DNA of 64,000 nt from an uncultured Thiotrichaceae bacterium. Its GTDB lineage: Bacteria > Pseudomonadota > Gammaproteobacteria > SZUA-229. The position numbers and the translations under genes are program-made. The stretch spans positions 299-64,298 of the forward strand of contig CAZFUY010000002.1 in the NCBI GenBank assembly GCA_964522445.1, read 5' to 3'. Below are positions 52,164 to 61,221 of the stretch, piece by piece; within the stretch, counting starts at the first letter, position 1, and each line of letters starts with the position of its first letter. Below the pieces are notes generated by a model. It had not been told where the DNA came from. It saw nothing but the letters and a program-made list of their open reading frames with translations, and did not search any database.

Positions 52164-52312
52164 AAAAAAAATAAAATCTTGAGCCACAGAGGCACGGAGG
52201 TTTTTTATTGTTTATGCTTCGCATAAATACATGTATAGATGTTTTCCTGTGCACAGCACAAACCATATATAGCTTTTCTCTGTGACCTCCGTGGTTCAAG
52301 ATTTTATTTTTT
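52164..52312. repeat. 149-bp MITE-like inverted-repeat element
   Basis: The left arm AAAAAATAAAATCTTGAGCCACAGAGG... matches the reverse complement of the right arm AAAAAATAAAATCTTGAACCACGGAGG... at 25 of 27 positions. It contains CACAGAGG/CACGGAGG motifs. Confidence 0.7.
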
Positions 52313-52323
52313 AACCTTAATAA

Positions 52324-52845
52324 CTATTTCCCATTAACTGCTTTTTGCTGTGCCTCAGATCTTTGATCCATAAGCCCCTGAATATTCTGCGCACCCTGAA
52401 TTAAATTTTGCATTCCTTCCGGGGTGTAAGGATTTTCCATCTGATAAGGCTCAATTTTACCTCCGCCTTTTTTATTCTTTTTATTTTTATCCTTCTTATT
52501 TAATGAAATTAAGCCGCCAAAGCTGCTTGCCTCCTCTTCCTCCTCAGTGATTTTCACCGCCTGCACTATATTCGTATCCGGCCTTAAATGCTTCGCTTCA
52601 GAGTCCTGGCCCACAGGCTTAATACCACTAAAATGCGTACGCCCCTGGTCATCCACCCACTTATAGACCGTGACATCTTTATCTGTCACCACGGATGAAA
52701 TATTTTCAGGTAATTTGGCCTTTTTTGCCGACGGATCAAGTATGCCACCTAAAAAATCAGGCATTTTACCCCCACCCATAATAAAGTATGGTACTGCCAG
52801 CATGATTACCACTACAAAAATCATCTTAAATAAAAGCATTTTCAT
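52324..52845 (-). CDS. DUF4124-domain protein
   Basis: TM/signal segment, then VYKWVDDQGRTHFSGIKP, then a low-complexity E- and K-rich region. Confidence 0.55.
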   Translation of the reverse strand: MKMLLFKMIFVVVIMLAVPYFIMGGGKMPDFLGGILDPSAKKAKLPENISSVVTDKDVTVYKWVDDQGRTHFSGIKPVGQDSEAKHLRPDTNIVQAVKITEEEEEASSFGGLISLNKKDKNKKNKKGGGKIEPYQMENPYTPEGMQNLIQGAQNIQGLMDQRSEAQQKAVNGK

Positions 52846-53010
52846 TCAGTTTTTCTCTTAATAGCTATTTAAATTTTAATAAAGAACCTTATAGATTATT
52901 GCCTGCATTTGGTAATTTACAAGTTTTCCTGTCAAATGCTTGCCCATAAATGCTGGAAAGAGTAATATACGCGGCTCTTTACGGCAGCAACTTAAATTAG
53001 AGGACTCGAC

Positions 53011-53217
53011 ATGAGGCCAGAGATACACCCAGAATACAACGACATCAATGTAACTTGCAGCTGTGGCAATAATTTCGTTACACGCTCTACTTACACCAAA
53101 GAAGCTCTGACTATTGAGATTTGCTCTCAATGCCACCCCTTCTACACAGGTAAGCAAAAAGTTATGGATACTGCGGGTCAGATTGAGAAATTCAATAAGC
53201 GTTTCGGTAAGAAATAA
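53011..53217 (+). CDS. rpmE: 50S ribosomal protein L31 (Zn-ribbon type)
   Basis: IHPEY, CSCG ... [13 protein letters not shown]. Confidence 0.95.
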   Translation: MRPEIHPEYNDINVTCSCGNNFVTRSTYTKEALTIEICSQCHPFYTGKQKVMDTAGQIEKFNKRFGKK

Positions 53218-53230
53218 GACATCTTATCTC

Positions 53231-54022
53231 ATGCAGTTATCAAAAAGGACACTACCTGTTAGTGTCCTTTTTTGTGCTTTAGGTTTTTATAGTCAGATTA
53301 CCACAGCGGCCTGTCCACCTAGCCATATCGATGAGGCCGTTGAAGTTCAGCACATTATTGATGGTGACACAGTAAAACTTAAAGACGGGCGAAAAGTTCG
53401 TCTGATCGGCATTGATACCCCTGAACTTGGCAGAAACAATCGTCCCACCCAGGCTTACGCCAGCAAAGCCAGAGCAGCTCTTGTTAAGCTGCTTAAACAA
53501 TCCAGCAATCAGGTTGGCCTGAGCTTTGGGGCAGAGCACCACGATAAATACAAACGTACTCTGGCTCATCTCTATACGCCCAATGGCAGCAATATCCAGA
53601 CTTTTCTATTAACAAACGGTTATGCAACCGCTTTTACCACACCGCCCAATGATCGTTTTTCTGATTGCTACAAAGCAGCCGAACTTAAAGCTATAAATAA
53701 GCAGCACGGCATCTGGTCACTGGATAAATATAAAATTAAACACATCAACCAGCTAACCACTAAAGACAATGGCTTCCAGCGCATTGAAGGCAGAGTCACC
53801 AACACATCACAAAGCAAAAAAGCATTCTGGATTAAGCTACAGGACAATCTAAAAATACGCATTGCTAACAAGGACTTATACAATTTTGATAGTTACAGCC
53901 TTAATCAGCTAAAAGGGAAAAATATCCGCATTCGAGGATGGCTTCATACACAGAAAAGAGGTTATTTTATGGCATTACGCCACCCTTCGGCTCTAACAAC
54001 TCAAATAAGGCCAGCCAAATAA
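53231..54022 (+). CDS. Secreted thermonuclease (SNase) family protein
   Basis: Signal peptide MQLSKRTLPVSVLFCALGFYSQITTAAC. The SNase core contains IIDGDTVKL and VRLIGIDTPE. The track's longer ORF (from 53114) overlaps rpmE in another frame. Confidence 0.8.
   Translation: MQLSKRTLPVSVLFCALGFYSQITTAACPPSHIDEAVEVQHIIDGDTVKLKDGRKVRLIGIDTPELGRNNRPTQAYASKARAALVKLLKQSSNQVGLSFGAEHHDKYKRTLAHLYTPNGSNIQTFLLTNGYATAFTTPPNDRFSDCYKAAELKAINKQHGIWSLDKYKIKHINQLTTKDNGFQRIEGRVTNTSQSKKAFWIKLQDNLKIRIANKDLYNFDSYSLNQLKGKNIRIRGWLHTQKRGYFMALRHPSALTTQIRPAK
53242..53273 (+). terminator. Intrinsic terminator of rpmE
   Basis: AAAAA, then GGACACTA (53247-53254), loop CCTGT, TAGTGTCC (53260-53267), then TTTTTT (53268-53273). 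Confidence 0.75.
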
Positions 54023-54100
54023 TCACGCAAAAAATGAGTCAAGGTGCTAATATAGCCGACCAAAATATGCATCTATTTAACCAGAAAAAAGCCGATTTAA

Positions 54101-55327
54101 ATGAACGATGAAGATAAAAAAGCAGCGCTTGAATACCATGAACATGGTCGCCCCGGCAAAATAGCCACCGAATTAACCAAACCCTGCAATACCCAGAGAG
54201 ATTTATCTCTGGCTTATACCCCGGGCGTTGCTGAACCTGTACTGGCGATAGCCAATAATCCTGAAGATGCCTACAAATATACTGCCAAAGGCAATCTAAT
54301 CGGCGTAATTACCGATGGTAGCGCCGTACTAGGTCTGGGTAATGTTGGCTCACTAGCAGGCAAACCCGTTATGGAAGGCAAGGCAGTATTATTCAAACGC
54401 TTTGCTAATATCGATGTTTTTGACATCGAAGTCGATGCAGAAACACCACAGGACTTCATTGATACCGTGGTTCGAATTGCCCCCACATTTGGCGGTATTA
54501 ATCTTGAAGACATCACCTCTCCTCGCTGTTTCGAGATAGAAAAAAAGCTGGATGAATTACTGGATATCCCTGTTTTCCATGATGACCAGCATGGCACAGC
54601 TATTATTATTGCCGCCGGTCTGCTTAATGCAATGGAGTTGCAGGAAAAGAAAATAGAAACCGCAAAGATTGTCTGCATGGGCGCAGGTGCAGCAGGCATT
54701 GCCTCGATGCGACTACTGGTAGGTTTGGGCGCTAAAAAAGAAAACCTGTATATGCTAGATCGCAAAGGTGTTATTCACACTGAGCGCAATGACCTGAACC
54801 CTTACAAAGCAGAATTCGCTAGCAAAACTGAACGCCGTACGGCTATGGATGCAATGCAGGGAGCCGATATATTTATTGGCGTATCCGGGCCAGATTTAAT
54901 GACCCCCGACATGCTTCGCGTAATGGCTCCCAAACCCATTGTATTTGCATTATCCAACCCTAATCCCGAAATCAAACCCGAGCTTGCCCACAGCACTCGC
55001 GATGATGTGCTTATGGCAACAGGTCGCAGCGATTACCCTAATCAGGTTAACAATGTTTTGGGCTTTCCCTATATTTTCCGAGGCGCACTGGATGTAAGAG
55101 CCACCAGTATCACACTGGAAATGCGCATTGCGGCAGTAAAAGAAATCTGCGATTTAACGCATGTAAAAGTACCCCAGGAAGTTTTAGATGCCTATGGTCT
55201 GGAGCATCTTGAATTTGGCCCAGATTATATTATCCCCAAACCACTTGACCCACGACTCCTTGAGCGCGTGCCTAAAGCCGTTGCACAGGCAGCTATTGAT
55301 AGTGGTGTTGCGCAAATAAAACCCTGA
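54101..55327 (+). CDS. NAD(P)-dependent malic enzyme (short form, no PTA-like domain)
   Basis: LSLAYTPGVA, FHDDQHGTA, GAGAAG. Confidence 0.9.
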   Translation: MNDEDKKAALEYHEHGRPGKIATELTKPCNTQRDLSLAYTPGVAEPVLAIANNPEDAYKYTAKGNLIGVITDGSAVLGLGNVGSLAGKPVMEGKAVLFKRFANIDVFDIEVDAETPQDFIDTVVRIAPTFGGINLEDITSPRCFEIEKKLDELLDIPVFHDDQHGTAIIIAAGLLNAMELQEKKIETAKIVCMGAGAAGIASMRLLVGLGAKKENLYMLDRKGVIHTERNDLNPYKAEFASKTERRTAMDAMQGADIFIGVSGPDLMTPDMLRVMAPKPIVFALSNPNPEIKPELAHSTRDDVLMATGRSDYPNQVNNVLGFPYIFRGALDVRATSITLEMRIAAVKEICDLTHVKVPQEVLDAYGLEHLEFGPDYIIPKPLDPRLLERVPKAVAQAAIDSGVAQIKP

Positions 55328-55341
55328 TATTTTTATACATT

Positions 55342-55409
55342 TGTAGGAGCGGCTTTAGCCGCGATATTATTTTGTTTGAAGATAGATCGTGGCTAAAGCC
55401 GCTCCTACA
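55342..55409. repeat. 68-bp REP doublet (two inverted 23-bp units plus a 22-bp spacer)
   Basis: TGTAGGAGCGGCTTTAGCCGCGA, a 22-bp spacer, then TCGTGGCTAAAGCCGCTCCTACA. Confidence 0.85.
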
Positions 55410-55507
55410 AATTCACAATCATTCCCAGAAAATCAGCATAGCTAAATCCAGCTGCTACACTCAATCTGTAATCAAATATAAAAACAATCAGATCAGGAAT
55501 CCCCGCC

Positions 55508-56437
55508 ATGAATAAAATTACCGTAGTCGGTGCAGGTCGAGTAGGCGAAGCCGCAGCTCAGTTTATTGCCAGCCGCGACCTTTGTCAGGAAGTCGCATTA
55601 GTTGATATTAATGATGGCGCAGCTTCAGGTGCTGCACTGGATGTTCAGGAAGTCGCACCTTTATTTTCTTTTGATACCCAACTAAAAGGCGGCTCTGATC
55701 CCGAACTAATGGCGGACTCAGATCTAATTATTGTCACTGCAGGCATTCCACGTAAACCGGGTATGTCACGATCAGACGTTCTGGAAACCAATGTAAAAAT
55801 TGCCGATCAGGTTATCGACAACACCCTTAAATATGCGCCCAATGCCAAAATGTTATTTGTCTCCAACCCGGTTGATATTCTTACTTATCGCGCCTGGAAA
55901 AAAACAGGCTGGTCTCGTAATCGTATTTTTGGCCAGGCAGGCGTACTCGACTCAACTCGCATGGCCAGCTTTATTGCCATGGAAACAGGTTACTCAGCAC
56001 TGGATATTGATGCCATGGTTTTAGGTGGTCATGGCGACACGATGGTTCCTATGATGCGCTATACAACTATTTCTGGCATTCCTGTGAGTAATTTTATAGA
56101 GCAGAAAACCATAGATGAAATTGTTACCCGTACCCGCAATGGCGGTGCAGAAATTTTATCCTTACGCCAAAACAGCAGCGCATTTGATGCCCCCGCTGCC
56201 GCTGTTGCAGAAATGGTTGATGCCATTGTGCATGACAGAAAACGTATTATGCCCACCGTCGCTATACTGGAAAATGAATACGGCTGTAATGAAATTGCCA
56301 TAGGCGTACCCTGCGTACTGGGCAAAGACGGCATGGAAAAAATTATCTCTCTAAAACTTAATAAAGAAGAACAGGAAAATTTTAATAGCTCAGTATCTGC
56401 TGTTCAGGAAGATATAAAGATTTTAGATACACTTTAA
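55508..56437 (+). CDS. mdh: Malate dehydrogenase (LDH-like type)
   Basis: KITVVGAGRVG, TAGIPRKPGMSR, GGHGD. Confidence 0.9.
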   Translation: MNKITVVGAGRVGEAAAQFIASRDLCQEVALVDINDGAASGAALDVQEVAPLFSFDTQLKGGSDPELMADSDLIIVTAGIPRKPGMSRSDVLETNVKIADQVIDNTLKYAPNAKMLFVSNPVDILTYRAWKKTGWSRNRIFGQAGVLDSTRMASFIAMETGYSALDIDAMVLGGHGDTMVPMMRYTTISGIPVSNFIEQKTIDEIVTRTRNGGAEILSLRQNSSAFDAPAAAVAEMVDAIVHDRKRIMPTVAILENEYGCNEIAIGVPCVLGKDGMEKIISLKLNKEEQENFNSSVSAVQEDIKILDTL

Positions 56438-56453
56438 AATATATTCCCTGGTA

Positions 56454-56521
56454 TGTAGGAGCGGCTTTAGCCGTGATTTATCTTTAAACAAAATAATATC
56501 GCGGCTAAAGCCGCTCCTACA
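56454..56521. repeat. 68-bp REP doublet, inverted relative to the one at 55342-55409
   Basis: TGTAGGAGCGGCTTTAGCCGTGA, a 22-bp spacer, then TCGCGGCTAAAGCCGCTCCTACA. The spacer is the reverse complement of the first doublet's spacer, with 2 mismatches. Confidence 0.85.
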
Positions 56522-56614
56522 GTTACTTCATTTAATAACTTCACTATTTTTATCAAATTCCTTTATTTCTAAAAACACCCATCAGATTTCAAAACATGTG
56601 TAAAATACACAGCC

Positions 56615-57514
56615 ATGACAAAGCCCCGCGCCTATTTAATCGACTCCAGTATTTATATTTTCCGTGCCTGGCACGTATATGACGATTCCATTACCGATAT
56701 TGATGGCAATCCCACTAATGCCGTTTATGGTTTTACTGAATTTCTCTACCAGCTAATTCAGCAAAAAAAACCTGAATACATCGCCTGTGCTTTTGATGCG
56801 CACCAGACAGATTCATATCGTCGTGAAATTTTTCCTGAATACAAAGCCAATCGACCACCCGCACCAGAAGAATTAATTGTGCAATTTAAATACTGCCGTG
56901 AGTTTTGTCGTGCTGCCGGTATTGCAGAATTTGGCAGCAATCGTTTTGAAGCCGATGACATTATCGGCACTTTAGCAACACGCTTACGAGACGAGGGTTA
57001 TGACATCACAATTGTCAGCGCAGACAAAGACCTTACTCAGTTAATATTAGGCGACAAAGATGCCTGGTGGGATTTTGCACGAGGCAATGTTTTAAATGAT
57101 AAAGGGGTAGAAAAAAACTTTGGCGTCAGACCAGAACAAATAGCAGACATGCTCGCTTTAGCTGGTGATAAAGTTGATAACATCCCTGGCATTCCTGGCG
57201 TGGGTTATAAAATGGCATCCAATATTTTGCAGAAATATAAAAACATAGAAAGCGTCTTAGAAAATATTGAGAATATTTCAAAAATGAAATTCCGTGGTTC
57301 TGCTCGTATTCAAAATCTGGTTGATGAACATCAGCACCTTTTGCCAATGAACAAACAACTAACAACCATTGTTACAGATGCCGTTTTTGACAATCATAAA
57401 GATGACATACACTGGAATAGCATTAATGAAGATGCTTTTCATGAGATATCTGACCAGCTTGATATCAGTGATGCTCGACGACATCGCTGGTTAAATATTA
57501 TCCAGAATCTCTAA
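56615..57514 (+). CDS. 5'-3' exonuclease / flap endonuclease family protein (Pol I N-terminal-like)
   Basis: YLIDSSIYIFRAWH, FEADDIIGTLA, SADKDL, and the H3TH segment LAGDKVDNIPGIPGVG. Confidence 0.85.
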   Translation: MTKPRAYLIDSSIYIFRAWHVYDDSITDIDGNPTNAVYGFTEFLYQLIQQKKPEYIACAFDAHQTDSYRREIFPEYKANRPPAPEELIVQFKYCREFCRAAGIAEFGSNRFEADDIIGTLATRLRDEGYDITIVSADKDLTQLILGDKDAWWDFARGNVLNDKGVEKNFGVRPEQIADMLALAGDKVDNIPGIPGVGYKMASNILQKYKNIESVLENIENISKMKFRGSARIQNLVDEHQHLLPMNKQLTTIVTDAVFDNHKDDIHWNSINEDAFHEISDQLDISDARRHRWLNIIQNL

Positions 57515-57529
57515 ATAGTTTTTTATCAC

Positions 57530-58072
57530 ATGGCTAAACTAATTCTATTTAATAAACCTTTTGGCGTTATTTGTCAGTTCCGCCCTGATGACAATCACCC
57601 CTCACTTGCTGAATATATTCCCATAAAAAAAGTTTACCCTGCTGGCCGTCTGGATCATGACTCAGAGGGCTTATTATTATTGACAGATGATGGCAGTTTA
57701 CAAAATAAAATAACCCACCCAAAAAACAAAATGCCAAAAACTTACTGGGCACAGCTTGATAATGAAATTTCTGCTGAAGCCATTCAGCAATTAGAAAAAG
57801 GTTTGATGCTAAAAGATGGTCTGACCAAACCTGCAAAAATAAAACAAATTAAAGAACCCAAAAATATCTGGCCGCGAGTTCCACCTATTCGTGTTCGAAA
57901 AAACATTCCAACAAGCTGGATAGAGCTAACAATTAAAGAAGGCCGCAACCGACAAGTTCGTCGAATGACAGCAGCGGTGGGTTTCCCTACCTTAAGACTA
58001 ATTCGTGTGAAAATTGGTGAATGGGAGTTAGGTGAATTATCACCAGGAGAATATAAATTATTAGATGTTTAA
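57530..58072 (+). CDS. rluE: 23S rRNA pseudouridine2457 synthase RluE
   Basis: AGRLDHDSEGLLLLT, WPRVPPIRVRKNIPTSWIELTIKEGRNRQVRRMTAAVGFPTLRLIR. Closely parallels E. coli RluE as I remember it. Confidence 0.8.
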   Translation: MAKLILFNKPFGVICQFRPDDNHPSLAEYIPIKKVYPAGRLDHDSEGLLLLTDDGSLQNKITHPKNKMPKTYWAQLDNEISAEAIQQLEKGLMLKDGLTKPAKIKQIKEPKNIWPRVPPIRVRKNIPTSWIELTIKEGRNRQVRRMTAAVGFPTLRLIRVKIGEWELGELSPGEYKLLDV

Positions 58073-58162
58073 TCTAAAGACATCTTTTTATAAAAAAACA
58101 GAGAAATACTCTGCTTACATCCTGTTGCTGAACTTTAAGATCAAGAAATTTTAAACTGATTT

Positions 58163-58288
58163 GCCTGGGGATGGATCGCGCTGTTTGCGCTCCGTCCCCG
58201 TTGTGATACCACTCAAGCTGTACGGAGTCGTGATTATATAGTCACTTCGAGGGGGACAGAGCTCAAAAATCGAGGTCTGTCCCCAGGC
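58163..58288. repeat. 126-bp GC-rich, multiply self-complementary element
   Basis: Outer inverted repeat GCCTGGGGA (58163-58171) / TCCCCAGGC (58280-58288). Internal hairpins at 58167-58199 and 58252-58284 (GGGGACAGA / TCTGTCCCC). Confidence 0.6.
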
Positions 58289-58358
58289 ATAATCAATCGA
58301 ACGATGTCTACTCATGACTAACTTGAGAAATTGCCAGGCATCAGATAAAGCCTGGTTA

Positions 58359-59366
58359 CTACATCTTAGTCGCATTATCTTTATCAATTAAAACCAGTGA
58401 CAGCTCTTCCATTGCCCGTTCAAATCCAGGCCGCTCCATCAGCACACGATTACAACAGGCTTCTGCTTCAGTAAAACTATCTTCACCACGATAAATACGA
58501 GACAAACCAATTAAGGCAAACGCATCAAAATCTAAATCCAGACTGCGATCATAATAATCACGCGCATTTACCATGTCGCCTTTATTAAAATAAGCATCAC
58601 CTAAACGACTTAAAATATTTTGATTATAAGGTTCATTAGCAAGGATTTTGCTCCACAGAGAAATCGCTTCATCTAAATTACCCTGGCCACGTTGGCAGTT
58701 TCCTAAACCATAAATGGCATAACTATTATCTGGTTCAAGCTCAACTGCTTTGCGGTAATGTGCTTCAGCATTTTCATAATCACTTCGACGCTGATAAATA
58801 TTACCGACCATAGTCAGCACGGCAACATAATGTTCATCTAAGGAAAGTAATTTTTCAAAATATTTTAATGCTTTGTCATCATCACGGGATTTGTAATATA
58901 AATTACCTAAACCCATTAATGCATAGCGATCTTCGCCCTGTGTTTTGATTGATTCCAGATAAAGTTTTTCTGATTTCTCAATCATGTCCATGCTTTTATA
59001 AGCATCCGCCAGACGCACCATAACATGCACATCACCGCGATTTATTTGCAGATATTTAGCCCAGAAATCGACACTTTTTTCAGGTTGACGCAGGCCACGA
59101 TAACAATCCCCTATGCCTCGCAAAGCAAATACATTGTTTTCATCAGTACGTAATAAACGAGAGTAATAACTAATGGATTTACCAAATTTTTTGGTAATAC
59201 GATATAGATCGCCAAGACCAACCAGGATATAGCTATTCTCTGGTTCTATATCCAGCGCAGTTATAAACATTTTCTCAGCGTCCTGATAACGACGCTGTCT
59301 CATCATTTGCTTGCCCTGCTTGGAAAGCTTTAAAACTTCACTATTTGGTTGCACAACCATTCTCAA
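58359..59366 (-). CDS. Tetratricopeptide (TPR) repeat protein
   Basis: About 8 consecutive 34-aa repeats with the A..Y...L..-P-N pattern. Confidence 0.8.
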   Translation of the reverse strand: MRMVVQPNSEVLKLSKQGKQMMRQRRYQDAEKMFITALDIEPENSYILVGLGDLYRITKKFGKSISYYSRLLRTDENNVFALRGIGDCYRGLRQPEKSVDFWAKYLQINRGDVHVMVRLADAYKSMDMIEKSEKLYLESIKTQGEDRYALMGLGNLYYKSRDDDKALKYFEKLLSLDEHYVAVLTMVGNIYQRRSDYENAEAHYRKAVELEPDNSYAIYGLGNCQRGQGNLDEAISLWSKILANEPYNQNILSRLGDAYFNKGDMVNARDYYDRSLDLDFDAFALIGLSRIYRGEDSFTEAEACCNRVLMERPGFERAMEELSLVLIDKDNATKM

Positions 59367-59539
59367 TTCTGTTAATTATTATGGGATCATTTAAAGATCA
59401 TTTAACCCAAAACATACTATGGGCATAAAGAGTATAATACGCCATTACATACTATCCAGCATATCATCCAAAAAGGTGATATTTTTTTGTAATGATTCAA
59501 GCTTATATAATAGTTGCTTTATTAAGAAATACAGAAAAA

Positions 59540-60931
59540 CTACAGTTGTTTTAAACCGGCTATTAATTCACCCACCGCTTTTTGACCATCGCCATACAAC
59601 ATACGGGTATTGTCCGCATAAAATAAATGGTTTTCGATGCCAGAAAAACCTGATCCCTTGCCACGTTTAATAACAATACAGTTTTTTGCTAAATCAGCAT
59701 TTAACACAGGCATACCATAAATCGGACTGTCTGGATTTGTTTTGGCAACCGGATTAACCACATCATTCGCTCCAATAACTAGAGCGACATCCACGGTAGA
59801 AAATTCAGGATTAATTTCATCAATATCAACAATTTTGTCATACTCAACACCCGCTTCGGCTAACAACACATTCATGTGCCCCGGCATACGACCCGCCACA
59901 GGGTGAATGGCAAACTTAACCGTAATGCCACGATCCTCCAGCAATTTCGCCAGCTCCTGCACCTTGTGTTGTGCCTGCGCAACGGCCATGCCATAGCCAG
60001 GAATAATGACAACTTTTTCTGCATAGGCCATCATAATCGCCGCATCCGTGGCTTCCGTTTCTTTCATTGATCCCTGAATATCTTCTTCTGCTGCATCTCC
60101 AGCATCTGAACCAAAACTGCTAAACAGCACATTGGATATGGGGCGATTCATGGCTTTGGCCATAAGTTGTGTTAACAATGTACCCGCAGATCCAACAACC
60201 GTTCCCGCAATAATCATCGCTGCGTTATTTAATACAAAACCTTCGAAAGCAACGGCAAGCCCTGTAAATGCATTGAACAATGAAATAACCACAGGCATAT
60301 CAGCGCCGCCAATCGGCAGAGTCAGTAACACACCCAGTAATAAGGCCATAACAAAAAAGCTAAGTACCAGAACACTGTTCACTTCAAAACCAAAACCAAG
60401 CATTGCGCCTACAATGAGTGTTGCAATAAACAGAGCCAGATTAATAATGCCGTGCATGGGCAGTCTAAAAGTTTTGCGCATTATTCCCTGCAACTTGGCA
60501 AATGCAATAGCTGATCCTGAAAATGACACAGCACCAATAAGCGCACCCAATACAGCTAATACCTGAATGGTGGATTCCAGTTCAATTTTTCCACTGGCCA
60601 GCTTTACCAGTTCGACTGCTGCAATAGCTGCCGCCGCACCACCACCCATGCCATTATAAATAGCAATCATTTGTGGCATGTCTGTCATTTCAACACGTTT
60701 GGCTGAGATATAAGCAATGGATGAACCGACAGCAATAGCAATAACTATCAGCAATGTATTGCCATGTGCAAAAACATCCGGTTCAAAAAAAGCAGCCAGT
60801 GATGCTGCCACCATGCCCACGCCAGCCCAGACAATACCGTTGCGTGCAGTAACCGGCGAACTCATCTGTTTTAAGCCAAGAATAAAAAGCACTGCGGTTA
60901 CGAAATATACAATTTGTATAAAAGAACTCAT
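59540..60931 (-). CDS. pntB: NAD(P) transhydrogenase subunit beta
   Basis: Membrane domain plus the dIII domain with GYGMAVAQAQ and HPVAGRMPGHMNVLLAEA. Confidence 0.95.
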   Translation of the reverse strand: MSSFIQIVYFVTAVLFILGLKQMSSPVTARNGIVWAGVGMVAASLAAFFEPDVFAHGNTLLIVIAIAVGSSIAYISAKRVEMTDMPQMIAIYNGMGGGAAAAIAAVELVKLASGKIELESTIQVLAVLGALIGAVSFSGSAIAFAKLQGIMRKTFRLPMHGIINLALFIATLIVGAMLGFGFEVNSVLVLSFFVMALLLGVLLTLPIGGADMPVVISLFNAFTGLAVAFEGFVLNNAAMIIAGTVVGSAGTLLTQLMAKAMNRPISNVLFSSFGSDAGDAAEEDIQGSMKETEATDAAIMMAYAEKVVIIPGYGMAVAQAQHKVQELAKLLEDRGITVKFAIHPVAGRMPGHMNVLLAEAGVEYDKIVDIDEINPEFSTVDVALVIGANDVVNPVAKTNPDSPIYGMPVLNADLAKNCIVIKRGKGSGFSGIENHLFYADNTRMLYGDGQKAVGELIAGLKQL

Positions 60932-61221
60932 TTTTCAGCTCCTTTACTACTGGTAAACATTTCCAGCATACGCACCGTTGCCACATAGCCGCCTACCGCA
61001 TTGCCTGCTGCAAGCGCTACTGCAAAAAAGCCAATAACAATTTCCAGCGTTGAATCCGCATGACCCATAACAACAATGGCTCCTACCAGCACAATGCCAT
61101 GAATAAAGTTTGATCCAGACATCATTGGCGTATGCAAAATTACCGGAACACGGCTAATTACTTCATAACCAGTAAAGGCGGATAACATAAATATATAAAG
61201 AGCAGTGAAACCTTCAATCAT
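60928..61221 (-). CDS. pntAB: NAD(P) transhydrogenase subunit alpha, part 2 (membrane)
   Basis: A 97-aa protein with 3 TM helices. It has 4-nt overlaps with both neighbours. Confidence 0.85.
   Translation of the reverse strand: MIEGFTALYIFMLSAFTGYEVISRVPVILHTPMMSGSNFIHGIVLVGAIVVMGHADSTLEIVIGFFAVALAAGNAVGGYVATVRMLEMFTSSKGAEK

Noticed and set aside
52876-53157. 93-aa ORF antisense to rpmE
   Set aside because: It overlaps the unmistakable L31 gene and has no motif.
54271-54996. Antisense ORFs (164 and 64 aa) inside the malic enzyme gene
   Set aside because: They are shadow frames within a confidently assigned gene. The same judgement applies to the other internal or antisense track ORFs in trkA, rsmB, dprA, bioF, coaBC, mdh, pntB and pntAA.
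58151-58387. 78-aa ORF across the GC-rich structured element
   Set aside because: The frame is created by the repeat itself. It overlaps the end of the TPR gene and has no start context.
59433-59488. Possible ~50-nt sRNA: a perfect TATAAT (59433-59438) followed by hairpin ATATCA(T)CC-A5-GGTGATAT and T6 (59461-59488), antisense to nothing, in the TPR / pntB spacer
   Set aside because: There is no convincing -35 element. The stem is AT-rich with a bulge. In DNA this AT-rich, such matches arise by chance. It is worth a glance in RNA-seq data only.
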